Source: an uncultured bacterium (GTDB lineage Bacteria > Caldisericota > Caldisericia > B22-G15). Taken from it: DNA of 42,130 nt. The stretch lies in the NCBI GenBank assembly GCA_965612865.1, contig CBFDTJ010000003.1:1-42130 (forward strand). Reading direction: 5' to 3'. Both the position numbers and the translations under genes were made by a program. Shown here piece after piece: positions 16,393 through 25,629 of this stretch. The notes below the pieces were generated by a model. That model was not told the origin of the DNA. It saw only the letters and a list, made by a program, of their open reading frames with translations, and searched no databases. Every line of letters begins with the position of its first letter. Within the stretch, counting starts at the first letter, position 1.

Positions 16393-17541
16393 CTATGGTT
16401 TTATCCTTCTGTACTCTTTAATGCCTGTCTCAAACACTTCCAGAAAATATTCAATTTCTTCAAAAGTATTAAATTTTCCAAGAGAAATTCTTATTGTGTT
16501 GTAATAAAGGTCTTCTGGAATCTCTATAGCTTTCAATACATGGGAGGGAGTCTTTTCTTTAGCACTGCACGCAGAACCGGCAGAGACAATTATTCCATTA
16601 AGTCCAAGATAAAGAAGCATCGTTTCTGCCTTAACACCTTCTATTGAAATATTAATATTTCCCGGAAGCCTTTTTTCAGGATGACCATTCACATAAATTC
16701 CTTCTATCTTTTCAAATCTTTCAAGAATATAGTTCTTTAACTCTAAAATCTCCTTCATCTCTTTGTCCATTTCAGAGAGACCAATCTTTGCAGCTTCACC
16801 CATCCCGATTATCCCGGGAACATTATGAGTTCCAGCACGAAAACCTCTCTCCTGGTGTCCACCATCCATAAAAGGTGTAATTTTAACTCCTTCTCGTATG
16901 TAGAGAGCACCAACACCTTTTGGTCCATAAAATTTGTGGGCAGACATTGAAAGTAAATCGACATTCATCTCTTCAACATCAATGGGTATATGTGCAGCTG
17001 TCTGAACAGCATCTGTGTGAAAAATAATTTCTTTCTCCCTCGCTATCTCTCCAATTTCTTTTATAGGTTCTATGGTACCTATCTCATTGTTTGCGTGCAT
17101 AACAGAAATTAGTATAGTCTTATTGGTAATGAGCTTTCTTACTTCATCAGGATCAACCATCCCAAATTTATCTACGTGTAAAAACTTGACACTAAAACCC
17201 CACTCTCTAACAGTTTTAAGAGAAGAAAGGACAGCACTGTGTTCTATTGGAGTAGAAATAATCTCTCCCTTCTCTTCCCAGTGATTTAAGGCTATTCCTT
17301 TAATAGCCCAATTATCAGATTCAGTTCCTCCTGAAGTGAAGTATATTTCTTTTCTTGAAGCATTTATAAGATCACTAACTTCCTTCCTTGCTTTCTCCAT
17401 TTCCGCTTCTACTTCCTTTGCACCTGGAGAATAAACAGAAGTCATGGGATTCTCATACAGATTTCTGAAGAACTTACTGAATCTGTATAACACTCTTCCA
17501 TCCACTCTCGTTGTTGCTGCATTGTTTAAATATACATACAT
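16393..17541 (-). CDS. iscS: Cysteine desulfurase (second copy)
   Basis: YLNNAATT, FTSGGTESDN, HANNEIG, HTDAVQ, SAHKFYGPKG, GSACSA. Confidence 0.9.
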   Translation of the reverse strand: MYVYLNNAATTRVDGRVLYRFSKFFRNLYENPMTSVYSPGAKEVEAEMEKARKEVSDLINASRKEIYFTSGGTESDNWAIKGIALNHWEEKGEIISTPIEHSAVLSSLKTVREWGFSVKFLHVDKFGMVDPDEVRKLITNKTILISVMHANNEIGTIEPIKEIGEIAREKEIIFHTDAVQTAAHIPIDVEEMNVDLLSMSAHKFYGPKGVGALYIREGVKITPFMDGGHQERGFRAGTHNVPGIIGMGEAAKIGLSEMDKEMKEILELKNYILERFEKIEGIYVNGHPEKRLPGNINISIEGVKAETMLLYLGLNGIIVSAGSACSAKEKTPSHVLKAIEIPEDLYYNTIRISLGKFNTFEEIEYFLEVFETGIKEYRRIKP

Positions 17542-17640
17542 TTCTTTTCTCTCCTTATGTTAAATTATAAACAAAAAATTAGGAGAAATCAAATTTGAAA
17601 TCTTAGAATGGTATAATTTTTGATACTTGCTTATTGGTAG

Positions 17641-18588
17641 TTACATGTATCTTTTCTTTGCTTCTTCCAATATTTTTAATATAAATTCGTTATATGTGAA
17701 ACCGGCTTTTTCAGCCATTTTTAAAATATCAGAGTAGTCTGGAACAAGAAGTGGGAGGGAGTTCACTTCGAGGATGAAGTAATCATTACCTTTAATTCTT
17801 ATATCCATGCGTGCATAGTCCCTCAATCCGAGAGCGTAGAAAGCATATTTTCCTGCATCTTCAACTTTTTTGTATACATCCCTGGGCAATCTTGCTGGGC
17901 AGTAGTATTTAAGTTCTCTGTCAAGTTCATTCTTAACTCTGTAGGAATAAAATTTTTCCATTTCATCTGGAAGAACTGAAAAATCTATCTCGAGTAAAGG
18001 TAGAACCTGAGCATCTTTGCCGTTACCTATTATACCAAGGGTAACCTCTGTTCCATCAATAAATTCTTCTACAAGTGCAGGTTCACTGAATTCTTCGTGG
18101 ATTTTCTTGACCTGCCTTTTTAAAGAGTTTCTGTCATAAACTACAGAATCCTTTGTTAATCCAAGGGCGCTCCCTTCTCTAACCGGCTTTACAATGAGCG
18201 GGAATTTGGCTGAAAAGGTCTCTGGTACATCCTCTCCCTCTTTTACAACAAAAAATTTTGCAGTATTTACCCCATAATGAGAAATTACCATCTTTGTTAC
18301 ACTCTTATCAAGACATAGGGAATGCGAAAAGGCACTTGACCCTGTATAGGGTATATTCATTAAGTCCAGTATTGCTGGAACATGAACCTGTCTTGTGTCT
18401 CTCCCTCCAGAGGTGGAAAGATTAAATACAAAGTCAACTTCTTTAACTTCTCTAATAAAGTTTTCATCAAATGGGATAAGAGATACTTCATATTTAACAG
18501 AGAGTGCATTTTTAACTGCCTCAACCATCTTTTTCTTGTTTTTTGATAGGGTTTCGTCGTGTACAACACCAACTTTTCTTATTTCCAT
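17641..18588 (-). CDS. Ddl-like ATP-grasp ligase (non-canonical)
   Basis: IPYTGS..CLDK, PLIVKPVREGSALG, LVEEFIDG, YARMDIR, ILEVNSLP. Lacks the Ddl GGxSxE and LHG motifs. Confidence 0.85.
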   Translation of the reverse strand: MEIRKVGVVHDETLSKNKKKMVEAVKNALSVKYEVSLIPFDENFIREVKEVDFVFNLSTSGGRDTRQVHVPAILDLMNIPYTGSSAFSHSLCLDKSVTKMVISHYGVNTAKFFVVKEGEDVPETFSAKFPLIVKPVREGSALGLTKDSVVYDRNSLKRQVKKIHEEFSEPALVEEFIDGTEVTLGIIGNGKDAQVLPLLEIDFSVLPDEMEKFYSYRVKNELDRELKYYCPARLPRDVYKKVEDAGKYAFYALGLRDYARMDIRIKGNDYFILEVNSLPLLVPDYSDILKMAEKAGFTYNEFILKILEEAKKRYM

Positions 18589-20207
18589 TTTAACCTCCTT
18601 ATCCTTTCCTTTTCAGTTAGAATCTTTCCGTCCTCATCCACTGCGAAGTTCGCGCCATTTATAACCTGAGTTATAGTCTCTCCCTTTGCCACAGAAAATC
18701 CTACAAGACCTGGTGCATCCATTATTCCTGTTTTAACTGCAGCAAAAAGTACCTCTGGATCAAGCAAGGGATCCTTACTGCCCTTTCCCAGCTCTTCAAT
18801 AGCCTCTTTTATTATCATAGCCTCCTCTTTGAGTTCTTTTACCCTTCTATCAACCTCTGGATCCTTTCTGAAATCGGGCAAACCAGACTTTGCCAGGATA
18901 TTTGCCCTCTTCACCATCTTCACGCTCTCTATTATCTCCTTGCTCGTTGCTCTTTTTATTGCCTCACAATAGGAAACAACATGAATTATATGTGGCTCAA
19001 GATATGAACCATAGAACATGGAGGAGACAAGTTGCCCCATAGCTCTAAAGGAATCGGCAGGGAAGGAGAGAAGTCCTGTTCTTATCATTCTATAAGGAAT
19101 AAAATTCTCGTCTTTAAGAGACTCAACAAGCTCAATCTTTGCAAGCATCTTTGCAATATCCATTTTAGGGGAAAGGTTTGGAGGGGTGTTAAGCATGTAC
19201 TGCTGAACATACCACTTAACGCCAAGTTTTTTAGCTATATAGGCAACAAGATAGGCATCAAAAACAGCTAAAGCATCGTGAGCATTCCTAAGTTCCCACT
19301 GGTGAGAGTCATTTACCTCCACTGGTACAGAATTCTCTGCATTCCACCTTATCGCTTCCATGTTTTCCTTTATGGCAGAGAGAAGGGGTCTGTCTGATCT
19401 TTTATCAAGGTCAGAATACCAGAAAATGGGAATTGCTGCCCAGGCATTGTTAATGGTCTCTTTTAAAATCTTTGCAAATTTTACAAGATTCCTTGTTCCA
19501 GCATAACAGCGCATGAGGGGAAAATTCCCTCTTCTTGATGCCTCAAAAAGTTTCCTAAAATCCTCAACACTTCTTATGGGAGCTCCACCAGCACCCTCCT
19601 GCTTTGGATCCATTTTTTCTGGTTCAAAGAAATAACTCTGCGCGTTTTGATCTGGAGCAATGGATATTATATCAAGGAGTCTACTATCCGAGAGTTTTTT
19701 AATCTCTTCTATGGTTTCCCCAAGTGTTGGAAGGCCTATGTGATGCCTTATCAGTGGAAATGGTGATTTAAACTCTATCCTCTCAGGCAGAGTTTGAGGA
19801 AAATCTTTTTCTTTTACAGGAACCTTACCTCCTCTAAGAAATTGAACAACATCTTCTATCTCTTCACTTCCATCAAACACTCTTTCGAATAAAGGATACT
19901 CTTTTGCAACTTTTCCTGTCTCTATGGTGCCACCAAAAACGAATTTTATATTTTCTGTGTCTATCTCCTTTAGCTTTTTTATAAATTCTTCAAGCAGTTT
20001 CTTTAAAGGTTCCTTTCCAAGTCTGTATCCTATAGATACTATGTCTGGCTTTGCTTCAACAATAGCACCTATTAATTTATCAATGGGAACTGCCCCCCCA
20101 AGATATATAACTCTATACCCCTCCTTTTTTGCAAGTTCAAGGAAATTAAGGAGCCCCGCTACATGTATATCGCTCCCAATTTCTGCTCCAAGAATCTTCT
20201 TACTCAT
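18579..20207 (-). CDS. Cobalamin-dependent mutase-like protein (B12-binding domain fused to a glutamate-mutase-E-like barrel)
   Basis: DIHVAG (DxHxxG), YLG, FGG in the N-terminal domain; C-terminal segments recall GlmE. ATG 20207 follows GGAGGAGG and overlaps the end of the upstream gene. Confidence 0.75.
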   Translation of the reverse strand: MSKKILGAEIGSDIHVAGLLNFLELAKKEGYRVIYLGGAVPIDKLIGAIVEAKPDIVSIGYRLGKEPLKKLLEEFIKKLKEIDTENIKFVFGGTIETGKVAKEYPLFERVFDGSEEIEDVVQFLRGGKVPVKEKDFPQTLPERIEFKSPFPLIRHHIGLPTLGETIEEIKKLSDSRLLDIISIAPDQNAQSYFFEPEKMDPKQEGAGGAPIRSVEDFRKLFEASRRGNFPLMRCYAGTRNLVKFAKILKETINNAWAAIPIFWYSDLDKRSDRPLLSAIKENMEAIRWNAENSVPVEVNDSHQWELRNAHDALAVFDAYLVAYIAKKLGVKWYVQQYMLNTPPNLSPKMDIAKMLAKIELVESLKDENFIPYRMIRTGLLSFPADSFRAMGQLVSSMFYGSYLEPHIIHVVSYCEAIKRATSKEIIESVKMVKRANILAKSGLPDFRKDPEVDRRVKELKEEAMIIKEAIEELGKGSKDPLLDPEVLFAAVKTGIMDAPGLVGFSVAKGETITQVINGANFAVDEDGKILTEKERIRRLKWK

Positions 20208-21288
20208 CACCCTCCTCCACAATCCTTATAATATCCTTAACCTTCTTACCTTTAAGGCCAAGATTTTCAACAGTTCTCCCCTCCTTGCAGAAATCTCTTC
20301 CCATCATAATGTTAGCAAGCTGGATAACCGAGTTTATGGTGGGTGTCTTTATCCCAAGCTCTCTACCAAATGAAGCAATGGGTACAAGACTCATGGGAAC
20401 ATCCTCAAGAATGTATCTATTCTGTATACTGGGTGGCGCCATTATACCCTGATATCCAGAGTTGTTGTGAATGGCTTCATATAAATTACTTCCCACAACA
20501 TCATAGGCATACTGGAGCCATCTCAAGGCGGTAAGAGGTTCTATACCAAATCTTCCCATAACATCACACCTCTCTCTGTCAACTGCCTCAAGAACCTTTG
20601 CCACTGAAGGAGTTATCCCTTCAAGATAAAATTCAAACTTACCCGCAGTGGACTCAATTCTTGCAGCATTAAGAAGAAGTGAGGCAGGATGAAAAACTGC
20701 TCCTATATTATTAAAACTTGTGTAAAGGACATTTGGTGCAATTTCAAATTCTGGAAGAACCTCATTAAGAACCTCTTTAAGTTCGGGATTCCTCTTTGCA
20801 GGAAGAGCAGCGACAGGAACTGCATTTTTCATCTTAAATATCTTAACCACTCCAGGATTAGACATACGAGAAGCAAATACAAAAGTCTGAGCCTCTGCTA
20901 TTATCACATCTTTCTTAACTCCAAGTCTTTTAAAGACGCTTCTAAACTCTAAAGCTCCACCAGTTCTTCCAGGATTTAAGACAATTATTTGACCGTCTTC
21001 AACATACGGAGCCATCCTTTCAGCAATAGGTCTATGGGCAAAGGCGGGAAGAACTACCATCAGAAGTTTTCTTCCCTGAATAGCCTTCTTTATGTCTGTT
21101 GTAGCAAAAGCAATTTCAAATGTACCTTTAAAATCTGTATCTTCAACCTTTATCTTTCTTGTAGAGATAATAGGTGCTATTCTCCATTCGCTTCTATTGT
21201 AAAGGCTTACGTCAAAGCCCTTCATGGCAAAATATGCAGCAAGTGCCTGTCCCCCGTTCCCCGCCCCTATGACAGAAATAGTAACCAT
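20200..21288 (-). CDS. NAD(P)-dependent opine (octopine/nopaline) dehydrogenase family protein
   Basis: GAGNGG, PAFAH, NPGRTGG, NIGAVFHP, FYLEGIT, VDRER, RYILEDVP. ATG 21288 follows GGAGGTG. Confidence 0.92.
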   Translation of the reverse strand: MVTISVIGAGNGGQALAAYFAMKGFDVSLYNRSEWRIAPIISTRKIKVEDTDFKGTFEIAFATTDIKKAIQGRKLLMVVLPAFAHRPIAERMAPYVEDGQIIVLNPGRTGGALEFRSVFKRLGVKKDVIIAEAQTFVFASRMSNPGVVKIFKMKNAVPVAALPAKRNPELKEVLNEVLPEFEIAPNVLYTSFNNIGAVFHPASLLLNAARIESTAGKFEFYLEGITPSVAKVLEAVDRERCDVMGRFGIEPLTALRWLQYAYDVVGSNLYEAIHNNSGYQGIMAPPSIQNRYILEDVPMSLVPIASFGRELGIKTPTINSVIQLANIMMGRDFCKEGRTVENLGLKGKKVKDIIRIVEEGDE

Positions 21289-21342
21289 CTCTTTCACCTC
21301 CTATTTGGGAAATTTTATTATAATCTATTATAATAATATCAT

Positions 21343-22386
21343 ATGAAGAGTCTTAAGAAAAGTATTATATTCGGCATAGGTTTAAGCATTGGGGTGATAA
21401 TACTCATCCTTATTATCTCTATGATAAAAGAGGGAAGGGAAGTATTGTTGTGGAAGATTAACATGGACTCCCTCCTTCTAAGTGTCCTCATTATATTTTC
21501 CTTATGGTTTATGGATGGATTGAGGTTATATACGGTACTGAGATTTTTCAAGGTAAAGACAACTTTGTTTAAATGTATAAGGATAAATCTTATCTCTTTG
21601 TTCCTCGCAAGTATTACGCCCTTTGGTTCAGGTGGTATGTTAGGTAAAATTTATCTATTATCAAGGGAGGGTATGACCATAGGTGGAGGAAGCGCAGTTG
21701 TAACCATAATATATCTTATAAATATACTCTTTTTTCTCCTGGCATCTACTTTATTCATCATATTTTTTAAAAACAGCCTGCCCCAGAATTTCTGGTGGAA
21801 CAGGATTTTTTATCTATTAATAATCTCTATTGGTGGTTTCTCGTTTCTGTTCTTCATCTTTGCCTTAAGTCCAAGAAGACTTCTTAATTTAACAGAAAAG
21901 ATCATGAAAATGAGATGGGCAAGAAGGCTAAGCGAGGAAAAGAGAAAAAAAATTACAGATAGAATAAATAAAAATATCAAAAGGTATCATAGGGGAATAA
22001 CGCTCTTGTTCAAAAGGAAAAGTCTTGTCCCAATATTAATCCTAATAACACTTGGGTATTGGTTTATCTTTCTAAATCTTTCACCATCAATTCTTAAATC
22101 TTTAAATGTAGAATTTGACTATTTAAGAGCTGTCATAGCACAATTTATTTTCCATTTCTTCGTTGCATGGGCTGGTACTCCAGGTGGTAGTGGTATTGCA
22201 GAAGCTGGCTACTCTTCCCTTTTCTCCTCCTTTGTTCCCTCTGAAAAAATATTTGCTCTCACATTCTTATGGAGATTCTTCACTTACTATATATACCTTA
22301 TACTGGGAGGGGTCTTTTCCATACCTGAAATTAAAAAGTTCAGCCTGAAAGACCTAACAGAACCTCACCATCAAAAAGAAGATTGA
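21343..22386 (+). CDS. Lysylphosphatidylglycerol synthase TM / UPF0104 flippase-like membrane protein
   Basis: Multiple TM segments, ITPFGSGG, TPGGSGIAE, LWRFFTYY. Confidence 0.85.
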   Translation: MKSLKKSIIFGIGLSIGVIILILIISMIKEGREVLLWKINMDSLLLSVLIIFSLWFMDGLRLYTVLRFFKVKTTLFKCIRINLISLFLASITPFGSGGMLGKIYLLSREGMTIGGGSAVVTIIYLINILFFLLASTLFIIFFKNSLPQNFWWNRIFYLLIISIGGFSFLFFIFALSPRRLLNLTEKIMKMRWARRLSEEKRKKITDRINKNIKRYHRGITLLFKRKSLVPILILITLGYWFIFLNLSPSILKSLNVEFDYLRAVIAQFIFHFFVAWAGTPGGSGIAEAGYSSLFSSFVPSEKIFALTFLWRFFTYYIYLILGGVFSIPEIKKFSLKDLTEPHHQKED

Positions 22387-23095
22387 TATTTTCCGGTGTT
22401 ATCACCTCTTTCTTCATGCCCTCCTTAAGAACCCTCCCATTCTTTAAAAGGATAACTCTATCAGAGAGAAACTTTACAGAACTTAAATGATGGAAAACAC
22501 TTATCATACTTTTTCCTTCCCTCTTTACTTCAAGGAGTATCTTTAAAATTCTGGTTCTAAACCTTAAATCCAGGTGAGAGAGCGGTTCGTCAAGAAGGAT
22601 TATGGGAGTCTCTTGAGATAGAACCCTTGAAAGGAGGGCAAGTTGCTTTTCTCCTTCAGAGAGAGATAGAAAATCCCTTTCCTTTAGGTGCAGAATCCCA
22701 ACTCTATCCATCCAGTATAGCACCTTATCGTAATCACTTTTTCTAACAAATCCATTTATGTATGGAGTTCTACCGAGAAGCACATAGTTAAATACAGTTA
22801 ATGGGAAGGAGAGGCTTGGTCTCTGGGGAACATAAGAGAATATCCTTCCTCTTTCCCTGCTGTTTAACTTTAGGGTGTTTCTCCCTTCAAATTTGACAAT
22901 TCCTCTGTCTGGTTTTATAAAACCAAGAATTATCTTTATAAGTGTAGACTTTCCACTTCCATTTGGACCAAAGATTGTTAAAGATTCACCCTTTAAAAGA
23001 CTGAAACTAACACCCTTTAGCACCTCAACCCCCCTCCTGTATGAAAAGTGAATATTATTAACATCAAGAATACCTACCACGGTCTTTCCCTCCAT
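22340..23095 (-). CDS. btuD: ABC transporter ATPase (B12/Fe-siderophore family)
   Basis: GPNGSGKS, YVPQ, LSEGEKQ, LLDEPLSHLD; operon context. Confidence 0.85.
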   Translation of the reverse strand: MEGKTVVGILDVNNIHFSYRRGVEVLKGVSFSLLKGESLTIFGPNGSGKSTLIKIILGFIKPDRGIVKFEGRNTLKLNSRERGRIFSYVPQRPSLSFPLTVFNYVLLGRTPYINGFVRKSDYDKVLYWMDRVGILHLKERDFLSLSEGEKQLALLSRVLSQETPIILLDEPLSHLDLRFRTRILKILLEVKREGKSMISVFHHLSSVKFLSDRVILLKNGRVLKEGMKKEVITPENINLLFDGEVLLGLSG

Positions 23096-24048
23096 AGAAT
23101 ATAGAAAAAGAATGGAACTCCAAGGAGAGAGGTAATTATTGATACAGGAATCTCTGTGGGTGAGAATGCTGTTCTTGAAACAAGATCAGAGAGCATGAGA
23201 AGTGCTCCACCTGATACAACTGATAGTGGAATGAGTTTAAGATGGTCTGTTCCAAATATCCCCCTTAATATATTTGGAACCATCAGTCCTATAAAACCTA
23301 TGATTCCTGATACATACACACTGCTTCCTGTGAGTAATGCAATGAGGATTAGAAGAATTGTTCTTGTAAACACCACATTTACTCCAAGAGATGCTGCTTC
23401 ATACTCTCCTAATATGTAAACATTTAAAGGTAGATACATGAAAATTGAGACGATAAGAGACAGGAAGAAGAAAGGTATAATAACCTTCACACTTAACCAT
23501 GTGGCATTGGATAAACCGGTCATTGACCAGAAAACAGATTTATTTAGAACATCTCTTCCCCAGACTGTAAACAAAGAGGAAAAGGATGAAAAAAGATAGT
23601 TCAGAGCAATACCTGAGAGAAGTAGAATCAAAGGAGATATCCTTCCCTTGATTCTACTTATTATAAACACAAGAAAGGTTGAAAACAAAGCTCCCAGGAA
23701 AGAGAACACAGAAAGAGAGTGTGCAAATAAACTATCCAGACCAAAGAAAAGAGAAAGGGTTACAAAAAAATTTGCTCCAGATGATATACCAAAGAGATAT
23801 GGATCTGCAAGAGGGTTTAGGAATAGAGTTTGGGAGAGGAGCCCTGCAAGAGAAAGTGAAGCTCCCACAAAGAATGCACTTATTACTCTTGGGAGCCTCA
23901 CCTTTAAAATTATCTCTTCTCCACTTGAGGGGTGAAAAATAGAAAAAATTATCTCCTTAAACTCATATTTAACAGTTCCGAAGGAGAGGGAGAGTGTAAA
24001 GATAAGAAGAAGGAGGAGGATGAGAGAGGGAATAAAATATTTCCTCAC
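23074..24048 (-). CDS. btuC: FecCD/BtuC family permease
   Basis: RLPRV, NPLADPYLFGISSGA, EAASLGV, GIIGFIGL. Confidence 0.88.
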   Translation of the reverse strand: MRKYFIPSLILLLLLIFTLSLSFGTVKYEFKEIIFSIFHPSSGEEIILKVRLPRVISAFFVGASLSLAGLLSQTLFLNPLADPYLFGISSGANFFVTLSLFFGLDSLFAHSLSVFSFLGALFSTFLVFIISRIKGRISPLILLLSGIALNYLFSSFSSLFTVWGRDVLNKSVFWSMTGLSNATWLSVKVIIPFFFLSLIVSIFMYLPLNVYILGEYEAASLGVNVVFTRTILLILIALLTGSSVYVSGIIGFIGLMVPNILRGIFGTDHLKLIPLSVVSGGALLMLSDLVSRTAFSPTEIPVSIITSLLGVPFFFYILWRERPW

Positions 24049-25343
24049 TATCTCGCTACAGAGAGTGCTGGAAGAACTTCAAGACTCTCACCATGAATGA
24101 ATTTAAAGAGTTCATAAAGCCCATCAATTATCCTTGGTCCTGGTCTGAATATAAGGTCAGGATTTATGGTGTAGATCCTTCCATTCTTTACTGCATCAAT
24201 ATTCTCCCATCCCGGTCTCTTCTTAACATCTCCAGGGTCAGCTCCCATATAGCCAAGAATTATAACTTCTGGATTTTCCTTTATTATGTATTCCTGTGAG
24301 AGTATGGGCCAATCTCCTTTAGCATTTTCAGCTATATTTATACCTCCAGCTTCCTCTATTAACTTACCAACAAATGTGTTCTTTCCTGCACTCATGTATG
24401 GATTATTCCATATCTCGAGATAGACCTTCTTCTTCTCAAAGCTTTTTACTTCATCGTCTATCTTTTTCCTCTTCTCTCTCAACTTGGATAGAAGTTCACT
24501 TGCCTCATCAGGATGATCAGTTATGTCTCCAATTAGCTCAATAAGAGAGAAAACGTCCTCAATACTTCTTGGGTCAAAGGCAAGTGTTTTTATTCCCATG
24601 TCTGAAAGTCTTAAAAGTAAATCCTTGGGATTACCTCTTGCTCCAAAAACAAAATCTGGTTCTAAAGAAATGATCTTTTCAATATTTGGATTGGAGAAAC
24701 CTCCAACTTTTTCTTTGCTTAAGGCATCCTCTGGATAATTACAGAAGTCTGTAACACCCACCACCTGGTCTCCTGCACCTACTGCAAAGAGAATCTCTGT
24801 GTTTGAGGGAGCAAGGGAGATGATTCTTTTTGGAGGACTCTTAAATGTAATTTCATTTCCAAGGTCATCCTTTACCTTTAACACAGGATACACATCGCCA
24901 TTTATAACTACCTTTCTTTCAGTAGAATTCCATCTAACCTTTAAACCGAAGAATTCAGAAAGATTTCTTAAAGGAACTGCTGTTCTTCCATCTTTGATGA
25001 ATGGAGCAAAGTAGAGATTCACTGGAACACTATTTACAAAAGCGATTTTCTTCCCTATAAAGAGAACTACCTGAGCGTAGGCATTTTCAACTTTGATAGA
25101 TTTTGTGCTTGGATCCCATTTTACCAATGCATCCACTGCATCAGAAAAATTTCTTAAAGGAACCGCTGTTCTTCCATCTTTGATGAATGGAGCAAAGTAG
25201 AGACCTACTTCCTTCCCATTCAAATAACCTTTACTTGATCCAATCTTAACTGTTAAGGTGATCTCATGTGAATAGGAAACCTTTTGAAGTGTAATGGTAA
25301 ATAGAAGTGAAATAAGAATTAGAGCTAAAATTAACTTTTTCAT
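24048..25343 (-). CDS. btuF: Cobalamin-binding protein with N-terminal copper-amine-oxidase-like (stalk) domain
   Basis: Signal peptide; 2x APFIKDGRTAVPLR; RIISLAPSNTEILFAVG, CNYP, RPGPRI; lies behind a cobalamin riboswitch. Confidence 0.88.
   Translation of the reverse strand: MKKLILALILISLLFTITLQKVSYSHEITLTVKIGSSKGYLNGKEVGLYFAPFIKDGRTAVPLRNFSDAVDALVKWDPSTKSIKVENAYAQVVLFIGKKIAFVNSVPVNLYFAPFIKDGRTAVPLRNLSEFFGLKVRWNSTERKVVINGDVYPVLKVKDDLGNEITFKSPPKRIISLAPSNTEILFAVGAGDQVVGVTDFCNYPEDALSKEKVGGFSNPNIEKIISLEPDFVFGARGNPKDLLLRLSDMGIKTLAFDPRSIEDVFSLIELIGDITDHPDEASELLSKLREKRKKIDDEVKSFEKKKVYLEIWNNPYMSAGKNTFVGKLIEEAGGINIAENAKGDWPILSQEYIIKENPEVIILGYMGADPGDVKKRPGWENIDAVKNGRIYTINPDLIFRPGPRIIDGLYELFKFIHGESLEVLPALSVAR
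24963..25203 (-). repeat. 55-bp near-identical direct repeat inside btuF (24963-25017 and 25149-25203)
   Basis: One mismatch in 55 nt, 186-nt spacing, encodes LYFAPFIKDGRTAVPLRN twice. Confidence 0.9.
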
Positions 25344-25386
25344 TATACACCTCCTATCCTTTCCGCGAAGGCGGAAGGCGATTTTG

Positions 25387-25535
25387 TATCAGGCAGGTTT
25401 CCTGGCTCAGGGGTAATAGCGCAAAATTAACCTCTTAAGCCTTCCCAGGTCTTCCCCAGTGACTTAAGAGTACGTGCTCCCCCATCACAGTTGCGGGACA
25501 GCAGCGGATTCTCACCGCTTTCCCTACACCTGACA
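25387..25535 (-). ncRNA. Cobalamin riboswitch
   Basis: AGGGAA-GCGGTGAGAATCCGC-CTGTCCCGCAACTGT...CACTGGG..CCTGGGAAGG...GAGCCAGGAAACCTGCC; P1 TGTCAGG/CCTGATA; upstream of btuF. Confidence 0.95.
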
Positions 25536-25629
25536 CAATTAAATTCTATCACAAAATTTTAAATCATTACAACTTGCATTAGTAAAGGTTCTAAATTATT
25601 ATTAAAGAAAAAGATTTAAGGGGTGATGA

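Noticed and set aside
17641-18588. Housekeeping ddl
   Set aside because: Lacks GGxSxE, LHG and NTxPG motifs; not in a mur cluster
17641-21288. True pyrrolysine (pylBCD) or lysine fermentation (kamDE) genes
   Set aside because: No radical SAM CxxxCxxC, no pylS/pylT, and no PLP-lysine motif; the similarity is only in pathway logic
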